Of a DNA stretch of 64,000 nucleotides, positions 17,648-26,316 are shown one piece after another. The notes beneath the pieces are model-generated. The model was given only the letters and a program-made list of their open reading frames with translations. It was not told where the DNA came from and ran no database searches. The translations under genes were made by a program, and so were the position numbers. The DNA is from a virus (Duplodnaviria; Caudoviricetes): the IMG/VR virus record IMGVR_UViG_3300021093_000004. One strand, written 5' to 3'. Positions within the stretch are counted from its first letter, which is position 1. The number at the start of each line of letters is the position of its first letter.

Positions 17648-18673
17648 TCCGGGCGTTTGTGTATTTCGAGCGATCTTGTCTTTGTCGATTCTCAGATTTG
17701 TGATAATATTTGTCATTCGTTCAATCATAAATCCCAATAATACTGCCGCGTCTGGAAAAACGATCCTTTCGGCACTTGAATGGCTGATATCTAGCTCGTT
17801 CCACAGTTCAATATTCTGCATTACTGTGGTTTGATATCCTCTAATTACTCTGGCTAGACCACAAATATTCTCACATTGTATAGGATTTCGCTTGTGCGGC
17901 ATGCTGGATGATCCGACTTGGTTTTCTTCAAATCCTTCTGCCATTTCTTCTATTCCGCTTTGTGATAATAGCCGAATATCGGTTGCAATTTTCGCGATTG
18001 CACTTGCCAATAATGCCCATTCATTCATGCGTTCTGCATAGATGCCACGGTGGATGATCTGCCCATCATACAAGCCTTCGACGAGATTCAGTTTAGACAG
18101 CGTGTTTATAACGACAGCACGATTGACATACTTTAGTGATCCTACACTATCCGCCAATCGTCCGTAATAAGCACATTTGAATGTTCCGTACCTGAGAATT
18201 GTGTGCAAATATGTATCGAACTTTTGGCTGAGTGGCATTAGTTCTGCGGCCTGCCCATGAGTTCGTCCCACGATCATAATTCCATCACACTCAGAGATTT
18301 TCTGCTTGAGTATAGATACGAGTGCTCGCAAGAGATCAGTGATAACTTCATTGCTGGCACGGATCATCATAGAAAAAGCGGTGTCAACAATGTCCGATGA
18401 AGTCAAACCATAATGCACGAATCGGCTGAATAATGGATCAGTTTCGTGTACTTTCGATTCGAGCCACTCAACGAATGCGACTACATCGTGTTTCGTTTGC
18501 ATTTCTCTCGATTGGATGTCATCGATCCACGATGACTCGAAATGATCAGGGGCGAGAATGGAGACGGCTTTTAGTTCTGACAGAAATGATAATTCAATTT
18601 GCGTCCATACAAGGTATTTATTGCCAATGGACCAAATTTCTGAGATTTTTGGGTGATCGTATCGTGGTAACAT
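17624..18673 (-). CDS. purB: Adenylosuccinate lyase, C-terminally shortened (349 aa)
   Basis: MLPRY..., TKHDVVAFVE, VHYGLTSSDIVDTA, GRTHGQAAE, signature GSSSMPHKRNPIQCENICGLAR, DISHSSAERIVFPD. Confidence 0.92.
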   Translation of the reverse strand: MLPRYDHPKISEIWSIGNKYLVWTQIELSFLSELKAVSILAPDHFESSWIDDIQSREMQTKHDVVAFVEWLESKVHETDPLFSRFVHYGLTSSDIVDTAFSMMIRASNEVITDLLRALVSILKQKISECDGIMIVGRTHGQAAELMPLSQKFDTYLHTILRYGTFKCAYYGRLADSVGSLKYVNRAVVINTLSKLNLVEGLYDGQIIHRGIYAERMNEWALLASAIAKIATDIRLLSQSGIEEMAEGFEENQVGSSSMPHKRNPIQCENICGLARVIRGYQTTVMQNIELWNELDISHSSAERIVFPDAAVLLGFMIERMTNIITNLRIDKDKIARNTQTPGLSVINHM

Positions 18674-18725
18674 TTTCTTCTCCGATAACTTTTTCTAGCT
18701 TTAAAACTTTGGAGAGGTCAGTTGA

Positions 18726-18917
18726 ATGTATGTAATTTTTGATAATCTAACCGGGAAATATTATACCGGTAATGGTTGGAATGCTGCATTGAAGCTAGCT
18801 CTTCAGCAAACTAAACTTCGTGCTGAAGAATTAGCTGAATCGATGAATATGCATGTTGCTCGTGGATGGATCAAAGGCGAATTCGTGTTGATTGACTACG
18901 ATTCAATAGATAATTGA
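18726..18917 (+). CDS. Small hypothetical protein
   Basis: SD GGAGAGG upstream; coupled to the next gene by an overlapping stop/start. Confidence 0.55.
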   Translation: MYVIFDNLTGKYYTGNGWNAALKLALQQTKLRAEELAESMNMHVARGWIKGEFVLIDYDSIDN

Positions 18918-19630
18918 TGCTCCAACACAAACGAAACGAACGATGGGAACCGTCTGCCGACCAACTCAGGCAATCGATCAAGGAGCGGACATTACAGATA
19001 CTTGGCGGTAGCTTAGAATTTCCTACTGATCATCGTCTTCGATATCTCCTTGATAATATTGAATGCAATCAATTAACTGCTGTTGAATTCGGATCATGGC
19101 ATGGTTGGCATACCGCCACGCTATCCAGAAAGTTTCGGCATGTGATTGCCGTCGATGCCCGCCCCACCAATGTCGCATTTGCCCTATTGAGGCTAAAATT
19201 GTTGGGCATTAATAATGTTGATGTAGTTTTATCCGATGTTCAATCATTTGAATTTAACTGTGACGTTCTAGTTCATATCGGGGTTTTATATCATTTGTCA
19301 TTCCCGATCAAGCATTTATACCATGTGTTGCCAAAATGTCATACTATCTGCCTCGATACCCATATTGGCGACGAGGACCGTCCTCATTTGACGCCATCAT
19401 ATGAAGTGTACAATGATGAGATATATTATGGCAAAAATTTCCCTGATGGTGACTGGGATGATGCGTTGAGTGGAGTTTGTGGTACTAGTTTTTGGCCTAA
19501 TTTGGCTGAGATTCATCGTGTTCTTAATAATTTGCGATTCAAGATTTTACACGAACATCGGCATATGGTTGATCCTGGCCCGCGTGTGACTATTGTCGCT
19601 TCGAAACGATGCGGCAGGATTCTCATGTGA
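18914..19630 (+). CDS. Class I SAM-dependent methyltransferase
   Basis: AVEFGSWHGWHT (motif I), VIAVDARPTNV, VHIGVLYHLSFP. Confidence 0.8.
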   Translation: MMLQHKRNERWEPSADQLRQSIKERTLQILGGSLEFPTDHRLRYLLDNIECNQLTAVEFGSWHGWHTATLSRKFRHVIAVDARPTNVAFALLRLKLLGINNVDVVLSDVQSFEFNCDVLVHIGVLYHLSFPIKHLYHVLPKCHTICLDTHIGDEDRPHLTPSYEVYNDEIYYGKNFPDGDWDDALSGVCGTSFWPNLAEIHRVLNNLRFKILHEHRHMVDPGPRVTIVASKRCGRILM

Positions 19631-19657
19631 GTATGTGCCCTAAAAATGGTGACAAGG

Positions 19658-19996
19658 TCAAGTGAAATGTGTCACATAAAATCTCCAAATTTGCGCATAG
19701 CAAACGCCCCAGCTTGCGCGATGCGCTTCAACCGCTACGCCGTTAAGCTCTTGATCGAGTGCGTGCGCGTACTCGTGGAGTAACGTGTCAATCGCAGACA
19801 ATGCCGACAAGTGTGTATCTACTTCAATAACAAAACGAATTATAGATCCATCGTTGTCGAGATATGTGATACAACTCCCACAGATTTTTTGCTTATTCAG
19901 TTTTTTACACACAATTCGCAAAGGACGTGACAACGGAAACTCACGCCGCAACTTTCGAGCAAGTGTTTTAAAATTGTTTTGCATATTGCGTGCCAT
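19658..19996 (-). CDS. Small zincin-like metallopeptidase domain protein
   Basis: TLLHEYAHAL (HExxH) and downstream H..SWG. Confidence 0.6.
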   Translation of the reverse strand: MARNMQNNFKTLARKLRREFPLSRPLRIVCKKLNKQKICGSCITYLDNDGSIIRFVIEVDTHLSALSAIDTLLHEYAHALDQELNGVAVEAHRASWGVCYAQIWRFYVTHFT

Positions 19997-20020
19997 AGTA
20001 CCCTCCTTGGTATGGCTTGT

Positions 20021-21346
20021 TTAATTTCCGAGAGGTCTCCCGGTGTAACTGTTGATGTTCACCTGCATTCTTGCAATAGGTCCCTCACTGTGATCCCAAA
20101 CAAAAGCCATTGCGCCTCGCTGTTGCCAGTTAAACGCTTTGATTCTGTGCCAGGCATTAGGTGGCGTCAGTGAGGGTAGGTATTCTACGCTGACACCTTG
20201 CTCCTCCATAATTACCGGACTACCTGAACCTTTACGGTGCTGGTCACCCAAGTGCCATTCACGAAAACAAGTCTTAGCCCATTGGTTTTTAGCTTCGTGA
20301 GCCATTAGTCCGGCTAAGCGAATTGGTTTAATGTGATGTCCATGGTCGAAACCTACCAAGTTTACCCCGTAATGCCAAAACTTGTACGGCGACGAATCCA
20401 CAATCACGCTGACATTGCTGTTCTGTCGGTAGTATGCCCGCAAAACATGTCCTAAACTAAAAGAAGAAACCTGATCATGGTTTCCGCTAATTTGAATTAC
20501 GCGAACAGGAGCTACCTCAGAAAGACGTTCCACGATCGCGATTCCAAGCTCAATAGCTTTCTCGTACACCGTAAAGTACGACACGCCTTCTGGCTGTAGT
20601 GTTCCTTTCGTTGTCGTGTGCATTAGATTGTCGTGGTGCATAAAGTCATTGCCAAATGGAAAGACAATTTCTTCAAAATCACCATAACTAGCTGCACGTT
20701 CAAGCAACCGATCGACAGTCCACATACAAAGCTTAGAACACTGCGATAAATCCCAAGAGTGATCGCTTTCACCCTTAAAACAAAGCATGCCAAGGTGCGG
20801 GTCCATCAAAGAAACTTCTAAAGCACGCCGCGTTTTGGATGAACGTCCTTTAGGATACTTAATGCGTGCGCGGAACGGTCCGTGCTTAGACAACTTGTCG
20901 AGCAAACGCTCTACCGCGATCTTTTCGTCTCGCTTGCGACGCAAAAGAACTTTAATCTGCCGCAAGCCAGTTTTGTAGATACCGCCGTCTGATTTTCCTC
21001 CGGCTTGTTCCCAGACGTTAGTAATGACTTGATCAATCTCAAAAAGTGCGAGATCAATTCCGGATTTTAAAATCAATTCTTCGTAGGTGTGAATCTGTTC
21101 ACCAAAATATTCAATCTCAGTGACAGCACCTTTTTCTTTGATGTTTACTTTCTCTTTTGCCGAAACAGTGTTGCCCGACTGCAAGTCTTTTCGCAATCGA
21201 TCAAGAAGTCCCGACTCTTTTAGTTTATAAAACACACAACCACGCGAGACGTTCATCTGTCTTGCGGTTTCTGCTAGATTGCCTTTATTAGCTAAAGCTA
21301 GCGAATACAACTCCTGATCTGTCAACTTATTGGCACGTTCGGCCAT
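20021..21346 (-). CDS. Calcineurin-like metallophosphoesterase with N-terminal HTH
   Basis: DPHLG, GNDFMHHD, GNHD, HGHH and GDQH motifs; N-terminal GNLAETARQMNVSRGCV helix-turn-helix. Confidence 0.82.
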   Translation of the reverse strand: MAERANKLTDQELYSLALANKGNLAETARQMNVSRGCVFYKLKESGLLDRLRKDLQSGNTVSAKEKVNIKEKGAVTEIEYFGEQIHTYEELILKSGIDLALFEIDQVITNVWEQAGGKSDGGIYKTGLRQIKVLLRRKRDEKIAVERLLDKLSKHGPFRARIKYPKGRSSKTRRALEVSLMDPHLGMLCFKGESDHSWDLSQCSKLCMWTVDRLLERAASYGDFEEIVFPFGNDFMHHDNLMHTTTKGTLQPEGVSYFTVYEKAIELGIAIVERLSEVAPVRVIQISGNHDQVSSFSLGHVLRAYYRQNSNVSVIVDSSPYKFWHYGVNLVGFDHGHHIKPIRLAGLMAHEAKNQWAKTCFREWHLGDQHRKGSGSPVIMEEQGVSVEYLPSLTPPNAWHRIKAFNWQQRGAMAFVWDHSEGPIARMQVNINSYTGRPLGN

Positions 21347-21423
21347 TGTTTATCCTCCATGACGCGACATTGTCGCAACTTTCTTTAGTTTTGGGTTGGA
21401 TTAACAATCTGGCACAAAATTAA

Positions 21424-21496
<73 letters not shown>

Positions 21497-21567
21497 CTTG
21501 AGGAATCATTCGTTCAATTTAATCGAAAACTAGCAACGATTGGTAAGCAAGATTCAAGCATGATCCA

Positions 21568-21813
21568 ATGTGTTGGACCAGCGACGGTTATAAGGACACT
21601 ATTCGATATTGGCAGACCGGCAACAAAGACCTGGATATTCTGCTGAAGGGCGTTGGAGAAGTCAGTGAACAAGTATGTCTAGACTTCGGCTGCGGAATAG
21701 GAAGGCTGACTATTCATGCCAAAGAAGCATTCAGGAAAGTACATGGAATTGATATATCAAAAACGGTTATTGATATAACCAAGAATAACGAAAGTGATTC
21801 ATTAGACACCTGA
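21568..21813 (+). pseudogene. Truncated class I SAM methyltransferase fragment
   Basis: Contains motif I CLDFGCGIGRLT and motif II VHGIDIS, but stops after 81 aa. Confidence 0.6.
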
Positions 21814-21855
21814 GTATATAGAAATTGTTCGACTCTTGTTAGATTTACAGAAATC

Positions 21856-22083
21856 ATGATCCACGAGTTCAACAAGCCAATACCTGTAGTCGTTGAAGGT
21901 AACAAAACAGGTTATGCAATTTATGTCCAATCTTCAGGCATGTTTGAGAATGATGTGTGGTGCGTCGTCCATTGTGATGGCGGAATAGTTAGACACTACA
22001 CTACTGACCAGATCAGGGTTTACCAAAATCTGACATTTAATATCAAGAAATCAGGTGGTCAGACGCAGGAATGTCAAACATAG
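21856..22083 (+). CDS. Small phage hypothetical protein
   Basis: MIHEFNKPIPV...GYAIYV...NDVWCVV...HYTTDQI; a beta-rich small protein typical of phage accessory regions. Confidence 0.6.
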   Translation: MIHEFNKPIPVVVEGNKTGYAIYVQSSGMFENDVWCVVHCDGGIVRHYTTDQIRVYQNLTFNIKKSGGQTQECQT

Positions 22084-22196
22084 CATTGGAGGTTACTATG
22101 ACATTCAAAGAGCGATTCGTTGTTGGTCTCGAACAACCCTGAATCGCTTTGGCTACCAGAGATGCACAAATGGGCCGATGTTCATGAAGGATAATT

Positions 22197-22919
22197 ATGT
22201 CAGATCCCATATGGGTCGGTTCTCTCGACGATATTCGACATGGCGAAGCTGCATTAGCGGCTATCAAAGAACAAAGTGACGTCGATCGCTGGGTCGATGG
22301 TCAAGGTATCATTCAAGTTGATAGAAATAGATGGGAAGCCGCCCAAAAGTTCGAACGACAAGGCTGGATGAACGCATGGGCCTCTGATTCTGATGATCGC
22401 AGCCGCGAGCACCACCAATTGTTTGATGGCTATAATGCAGTTCCACCAAATCTTGGTAACATATTAGAAGTTGGCTGTGGTCCGTTCACTCAAACGCGGA
22501 CGATCTTATCTGCCCGCTCTGCAACTTCGATTACTCTACAAGATCCGTTGATTAACGACTATCTTCATCATCGGCATTGTAGTTATACCAATCGCCGATT
22601 GCATGATATTCCGGTGACGTTAGTCCCAATGATGCTTGAGTATTTCACACCACCGGAAGAATTCGATACTGTGGTGTGTATCAATGTTTTGGAGCACACC
22701 ATGGACGTGAAAGTGTGTCTTCAACATATGCTCGCGGCACTGAAGCCGGGCGGAATATTGATTTTTGGGGAGCGAATTTACGACGACTTCGATCCTACGA
22801 GATTATATTGTATCGGGCACCCCATTCGGATTTGCAAAGCGATTGTTGACGAATTCAAAAAGAATTTCAGGATGCTTTTTGAGCGTAGTGATAATGGCTA
22901 TTTCATAGGTCAGAGATGA
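22197..22919 (+). CDS. Class I SAM-dependent methyltransferase
   Basis: ILEVGCGP, FDTVVCINVLEH, LAALKPGGILIFGE. Confidence 0.85.
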   Translation: MSDPIWVGSLDDIRHGEAALAAIKEQSDVDRWVDGQGIIQVDRNRWEAAQKFERQGWMNAWASDSDDRSREHHQLFDGYNAVPPNLGNILEVGCGPFTQTRTILSARSATSITLQDPLINDYLHHRHCSYTNRRLHDIPVTLVPMMLEYFTPPEEFDTVVCINVLEHTMDVKVCLQHMLAALKPGGILIFGERIYDDFDPTRLYCIGHPIRICKAIVDEFKKNFRMLFERSDNGYFIGQR

Positions 22920-22986
22920 GTCTCTTTGACATATGAACCAGTGGGCACTTGTTTTAACATACTCGCTCCACGTGTTAGGAGCGTAT

Positions 22987-23595
22987 ATGAACCTTTTCAT
23001 ACTGAATGTTGATCCACGTCAAGCGGCTATCGAGAACTGCGATAAGCATGTTTGTAAGATTATCCTCGAAGCCGCCGATATGTTGTGTTTAGCTCATTGG
23101 CACTTCGATTTTCCACGCATCGCACAAGCCCCGCAGATTCTTAGAGAATCTCGAATGGTTGTCAATGACAAGGGCACCCATCGGTGCGTTTGGCGGTATC
23201 GCCCCCAGAGTCAGAATAACAATCATGTTAGTGTCTGGGTCCGCACGAGTCTTGAAAATTATCGTTGGACAGGGCAGCATGGTCTGGCACTTTGTGACGA
23301 ATATGAACGTCGCTATGCACACACATTGCGTAAGAAGGGTTTACTGCATCATCAGACCCGACCAATTATGGAGTGGTTCGCGAAGAATGAACCACCGATC
23401 CAGTCTGTTGACAGAACGCCTTTTCGCCAAGCGGTAGCAGAAGATTGCTACAATTCCGACATTGTTACTGCATATCGTGAATATTATGTGAGATACAAGG
23501 TACGATTTGCTAAATGGCGATTGGGTAATGTACCAGAATGGTTTACGGATGGTGTAAGGGCAAATCTTACTTCTTTTCCATCTTCCGCAACTTAG
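22987..23595 (+). CDS. Pyrimidine-dimer DNA glycosylase / endonuclease V-like family protein
   Basis: MNLFILNVDPRQAA..NCDKHVCKIILEAADMLCLAH, YRPQSQNNNHVSVWVRTSLENYRW, D.VTAYREYY. Start placed at ATG 22987. Confidence 0.8.
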   Translation: MNLFILNVDPRQAAIENCDKHVCKIILEAADMLCLAHWHFDFPRIAQAPQILRESRMVVNDKGTHRCVWRYRPQSQNNNHVSVWVRTSLENYRWTGQHGLALCDEYERRYAHTLRKKGLLHHQTRPIMEWFAKNEPPIQSVDRTPFRQAVAEDCYNSDIVTAYREYYVRYKVRFAKWRLGNVPEWFTDGVRANLTSFPSSAT

Positions 23596-23726
23596 TATAA
23601 ATCTTTCGGATTTTCTTTGAGATGATCTTTCGCGATTTCTTTGGCGACTCTGCTGTCTGATGTCTGTTCTAATTTGGTTTCGATTCTCATTCGAAGTTGT
23701 TCGGGATCGAATTTACGTAGTCGCAT
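23592..23726 (-). CDS. 44-aa microprotein resembling the DUF5661-type phage motif
   Basis: Manual translation MRLRKFDPEQLRMRIETKLEQTSDSRVAKEIAKDHLKENPKDLY; the A.EIA.DHL.E.P..Y pattern. Below the ORF-track length cut-off. Confidence 0.55.
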   Translation of the reverse strand: MRLRKFDPEQLRMRIETKLEQTSDSRVAKEIAKDHLKENPKDLY

Positions 23727-23730
23727 AAGC

Positions 23731-24186
23731 TTATAACGAAACGTCTTCATCAGTCAAATAATAGGTAGCTCCGAAACCCTCACGAAATCCGTGCTTTTTA
23801 TAGATTTGGGCAGACCCTTCCGTCGAAGATAGGTACAATCCAGCCCCATGGTCTGCGGCTACGGACTTTAAACCTCTTATGACTTCTGATCCAATTCCAG
23901 GATGGGCGGTTGCTAAACTTCCTATTCTTAAATAATCGCCCTTGGGCATCCCTTCAGAGTCTCCATGATCTGGTGCTTTCCAGAGACTAGCCACTCCTAC
24001 AAGCTTGCCGCTGTGATCTCTAAATGCATGAACATCGAACCATTTCGGAGAATCACCTGTGGCAGCCGATAGGGCTCGTTGCAATCTTTCTCCGTCTGGA
24101 AACGAATTTAGAATTTCATATACGATTGTTCTTCCATCTAACACTTGACTTCGAAGCCTATTTTCATCTATTATTCGTAGTCGCAT
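23731..24186 (-). CDS. GNAT-family acetyltransferase with MRLRIIDE N-terminal tag
   Basis: KLVGVASLW, LRIGSLATAHPGIGSEVI, LYLSSTEGSAQIYKKHGF. Confidence 0.72.
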   Translation of the reverse strand: MRLRIIDENRLRSQVLDGRTIVYEILNSFPDGERLQRALSAATGDSPKWFDVHAFRDHSGKLVGVASLWKAPDHGDSEGMPKGDYLRIGSLATAHPGIGSEVIRGLKSVAADHGAGLYLSSTEGSAQIYKKHGFREGFGATYYLTDEDVSL

Positions 24187-24222
24187 ACTGGCCCGTTTCC
24201 TATCCTGGGCGGTCACACTTAT

Positions 24223-24296
24223 GCCGCTATCAGCTAGAAACCAAGGCTACCCGGTTCTAAGCCGGGTAACGGTGGGTTCGAATCACCATAGCGGTA
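24223..24296 (+). tRNA. Atypical tRNA with CUA anticodon (amber suppressor-like)
   Basis: Acceptor GCCGCTA/TAGCGGT + A73, D stem AGCT/GGCT, anticodon stem (A)CCCGG/CCGGG(T) around a 7-nt loop TT-CTA-AG, and TTCGAAT in an irregular T arm. Confidence 0.6.
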
Positions 24297-24299
24297 TAC

Positions 24300-24370
24300 G
24301 TGACTGCAACTCAGCGGTATTAGAGCACCGCCTTGATAAGACGGGGGTCGTTCGATCCGGACCAGTCGCA
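24300..24370 (+). pseudogene. Degenerate tRNA-Ile(GAU)
   Basis: Acceptor GTGACTG/CAGTCGC and loop TT-GAT-AA. Has a C-A mismatch in the anticodon stem and an A-C mismatch in the D stem, and the 5' strand of the T stem is shortened. Confidence 0.65.
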
Positions 24371-24874
24371 CTAGATGGTTTTACGCCGTGGAAGATGCTT
24401 AGTTTTAGGTCGTGGCTTCTTCTTCCCGAACTTCAAGCCATGAGGACCGGGGGTTTGGGATTCCACGACTTCAGACTGCATTACGGGTGATTCAACAACC
24501 GGCTCAACTGCGGCTGGAGCTTCAGTAGGGGGAATTCTACTAACCGGTTCTTCGGCGGGAGGCAATTCAGGCTCTGGTTCGCCCTTTGGCTCTGGTGGGG
24601 GAGTTCGTGTTTCTGCCACTTCTTGTGGCTTCTCTTGCGTCAGAACGGGATCGACGGGCTTCTGGGCCTCTTCGGTCTTAAGTGGCTTTTCGGACTTCGG
24701 AGAAGCCTCGACGAGCTTTTCGGTAGCCGGTTGTTCGGCCACGACAGGCTTTTCGGACTTCGGAGAAGCCTCGACGAGCTTTTCGGTAGCCGGTTGTTCG
24801 GCCACGACGGGCTTTTCGGCCTTAGTAGCTGGCTTATCGGAAGATTTTTCAGTAGGTTTCTTGGTTTCGTCCAT
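24371..24874 (-). CDS. Low-complexity Glu/Pro/Lys-rich protein
   Basis: SD AGGAGAAGG precedes MDETKKP; contains an internal 21-aa duplication. Confidence 0.7.
   Translation of the reverse strand: MDETKKPTEKSSDKPATKAEKPVVAEQPATEKLVEASPKSEKPVVAEQPATEKLVEASPKSEKPLKTEEAQKPVDPVLTQEKPQEVAETRTPPPEPKGEPEPELPPAEEPVSRIPPTEAPAAVEPVVESPVMQSEVVESQTPGPHGLKFGKKKPRPKTKHLPRRKTI
24684..24819. repeat. 63-bp tandem duplication within CDS
   Basis: GGCTTTTCGGACTTCGGAGAAGCC... starts at 24684 and 24747, with a partial third copy at 24810. Confidence 0.92.
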
Positions 24875-24907
24875 TAATTCCTTCTCCTGTATAATAGATT
24901 TGCCCAT

Positions 24908-24988
24908 GTACATGTGGTGGAATGGTAGACACGCTGGTCTTAGGAGCCAGTGCCGTAAGGTGTGAGGGTCCGAGTCCCTCCGTCCACA
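24908..24988 (+). tRNA. tRNA-Leu(UAG), degenerate
   Basis: Anticodon arm CTGGT-CTTAGGA-GCCAG and long variable arm. Two acceptor-stem mismatches; the T loop reads TCCGAGT. Confidence 0.75.
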
Positions 24989-25079
24989 CTATTTAAGTAC
25001 CGTCAGCCGCAAGGCTACCATCGTGGAAATATCACGAAGGCGATGATCGTAGCCACAGTCCTTACTAAAGGCTCATAAT

Positions 25080-25162
25080 GGTCGTGTGGTGGAATGATAG
25101 ACACGGGGGTCTCAAAAGCCGCTGATCGTAAGATCGTGAGGGTTTAACTCCCTCCTTGACTA
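25080..25162 (+). tRNA. tRNA-Leu(CAA), degenerate
   Basis: GGGGT-CTCAAAA-GCCGC with a G-G mismatch, long variable arm, T loop TTTAACT. Confidence 0.7.
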
Positions 25163-25167
25163 TTATA

Positions 25168-25241
25168 GGGCGTTTAGCTCAGTTGGTAGAGCATCTGCTC
25201 GACACGCAGAAGGTGCACTGGTTCTACTCCAGTAATGCCCA
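25168..25241 (+). tRNA. tRNA-Val(GAC)
   Basis: Acceptor GGGCGTT/AATGCCC, anticodon arm TCTGC-TCGACAC-GCAGA (C rather than U at position 33), T arm ACTGG-TTCTACT-CCAGT. Confidence 0.85.
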
Positions 25242-25252
25242 CTGTATTTTAC

Positions 25253-25334
25253 GGAGGGTATCCGAATGATCAGGAAGCCGTTTCGAAAACAGCCGGGTCG
25301 AAAGGCTTTTAGGGTTCGAATCCCTTGTCCTCCG
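25253..25334 (+). tRNA. tRNA-Ser(CGA)
   Basis: Acceptor GGAGGGT/GTCCTCC + G73, anticodon arm GCCGT-TTCGAAA-ACAGC with one mismatch, long variable arm, TTCGAAT. Confidence 0.75.
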
Positions 25335-25342
25335 CTTGATAG

Positions 25343-25765
25343 GTGAATATGTACGCAATATTATACAATGATGCTCAATTAAAAATCGCTGATATTCACG
25401 CTGAATGTGGGCATGAACGATGGGTGCCCTTAATGGTATATCGTCCAATTGATGATCCAGGAGGTCTACCCAGACTAGTCCTATTTGATAATAAGGACTC
25501 AGCCTATCGGTTCGCGAGGCGCAACGTGACTTCTCAAATGGAGAAAAAAGGATGGCTGCGTGGATCGGTATTTCTGACACGAGAAGACATTGAAGCAATC
25601 AAAGCACGTGGATGGATATTAGACATATTCCAATGGCCTCGGAAAATCATTGGAAATAAAGATTTATTGGTGAGCTTTGAAGTTCACGAATTCGCTGGCC
25701 GAGTAGATGTGAGACATATCCATGGTAAAACACGACCAGAGCTTCCCAAATCTGACGATCTTTGA
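25343..25765 (+). CDS. Hypothetical protein
   Basis: 140-aa ORF with SD AGGTG, inside the tRNA array. Confidence 0.65.
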   Translation: MNMYAILYNDAQLKIADIHAECGHERWVPLMVYRPIDDPGGLPRLVLFDNKDSAYRFARRNVTSQMEKKGWLRGSVFLTREDIEAIKARGWILDIFQWPRKIIGNKDLLVSFEVHEFAGRVDVRHIHGKTRPELPKSDDL

Positions 25766-25973
25766 TGATTTCTTGCCGCCAGAAGAACTCGCGTATTGGA
25801 AGGAACGAGTCGAAACCGGCGAAGAATCGGTCTGTTTATACGGGGACGACATCAAAAAACACGGAATTATATAAGAGATGTCGAGAATTAGTCGGTCAAT
25901 CCGACAGATGGTTCATTGCGATCTTCGATAGTATTGAAATGGCGATTGCCTCTTGAATATATTTCGTGATTAT

Positions 25974-26058
25974 GACCGGATGGTGGAATGGTAGACACTA
26001 GGGACTTAAAATCCCTTGCTCTGTAACGGGCGTGAGGGTTCGACTCCCTCTCCGGTCA
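25974..26058 (+). tRNA. tRNA-Leu(UAA)
   Basis: Perfect acceptor GACCGGA/TCCGGTC, anticodon arm AGGGA-CTTAAAA-TCCCT, long variable arm, T arm GAGGG-TTCGACT-CCCTC. Confidence 0.95.
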
Positions 26059-26066
26059 CTGAATCT

Positions 26067-26092
26067 GGAGGGTATCTGAATGGTTAGGAAGC
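26067..26092 (+). pseudogene. 5' fragment of a tRNA-Ser-like gene
   Basis: GGAGGGTATCTGAATGGTTAGGAAGC closely matches the 5' end of the tRNA at 25253, but no anticodon or T arm follows. Confidence 0.5.
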
Positions 26093-26316
26093 TGAAAGCG
26101 TACTACAAGCAGTACACGGCAGTACACGTTCCACATCGATTTATCGCGAGTTCTGTCATTTCGTCACCTCGTGATCTATAATATATATCTGTTATGTCTA
26201 TATATTCTACACAGAGGCGAATAAACAGCAAGTCATTAGAAGAAATGGGGTCGGGCTACCAAAAATTAATTATCGTCTAGGCGATCCAGAGGGCGACGGT
26301 CCTCATTATAATCTGG

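Noticed and set aside
21568-22083. TGA read-through fusing the methyltransferase fragment to the next in-frame ORF
   Set aside because: The downstream 75-aa protein looks like an independent small phage protein, not a methyltransferase C-terminus.
21806-22196. Programmed +1 frameshifts at ACC-TGA (21808) and CCC-TGA (about 22138)
   Set aside because: The shifted products remain tiny (about 97 and 31 aa) and do not restore a methyltransferase domain; decay is more parsimonious.
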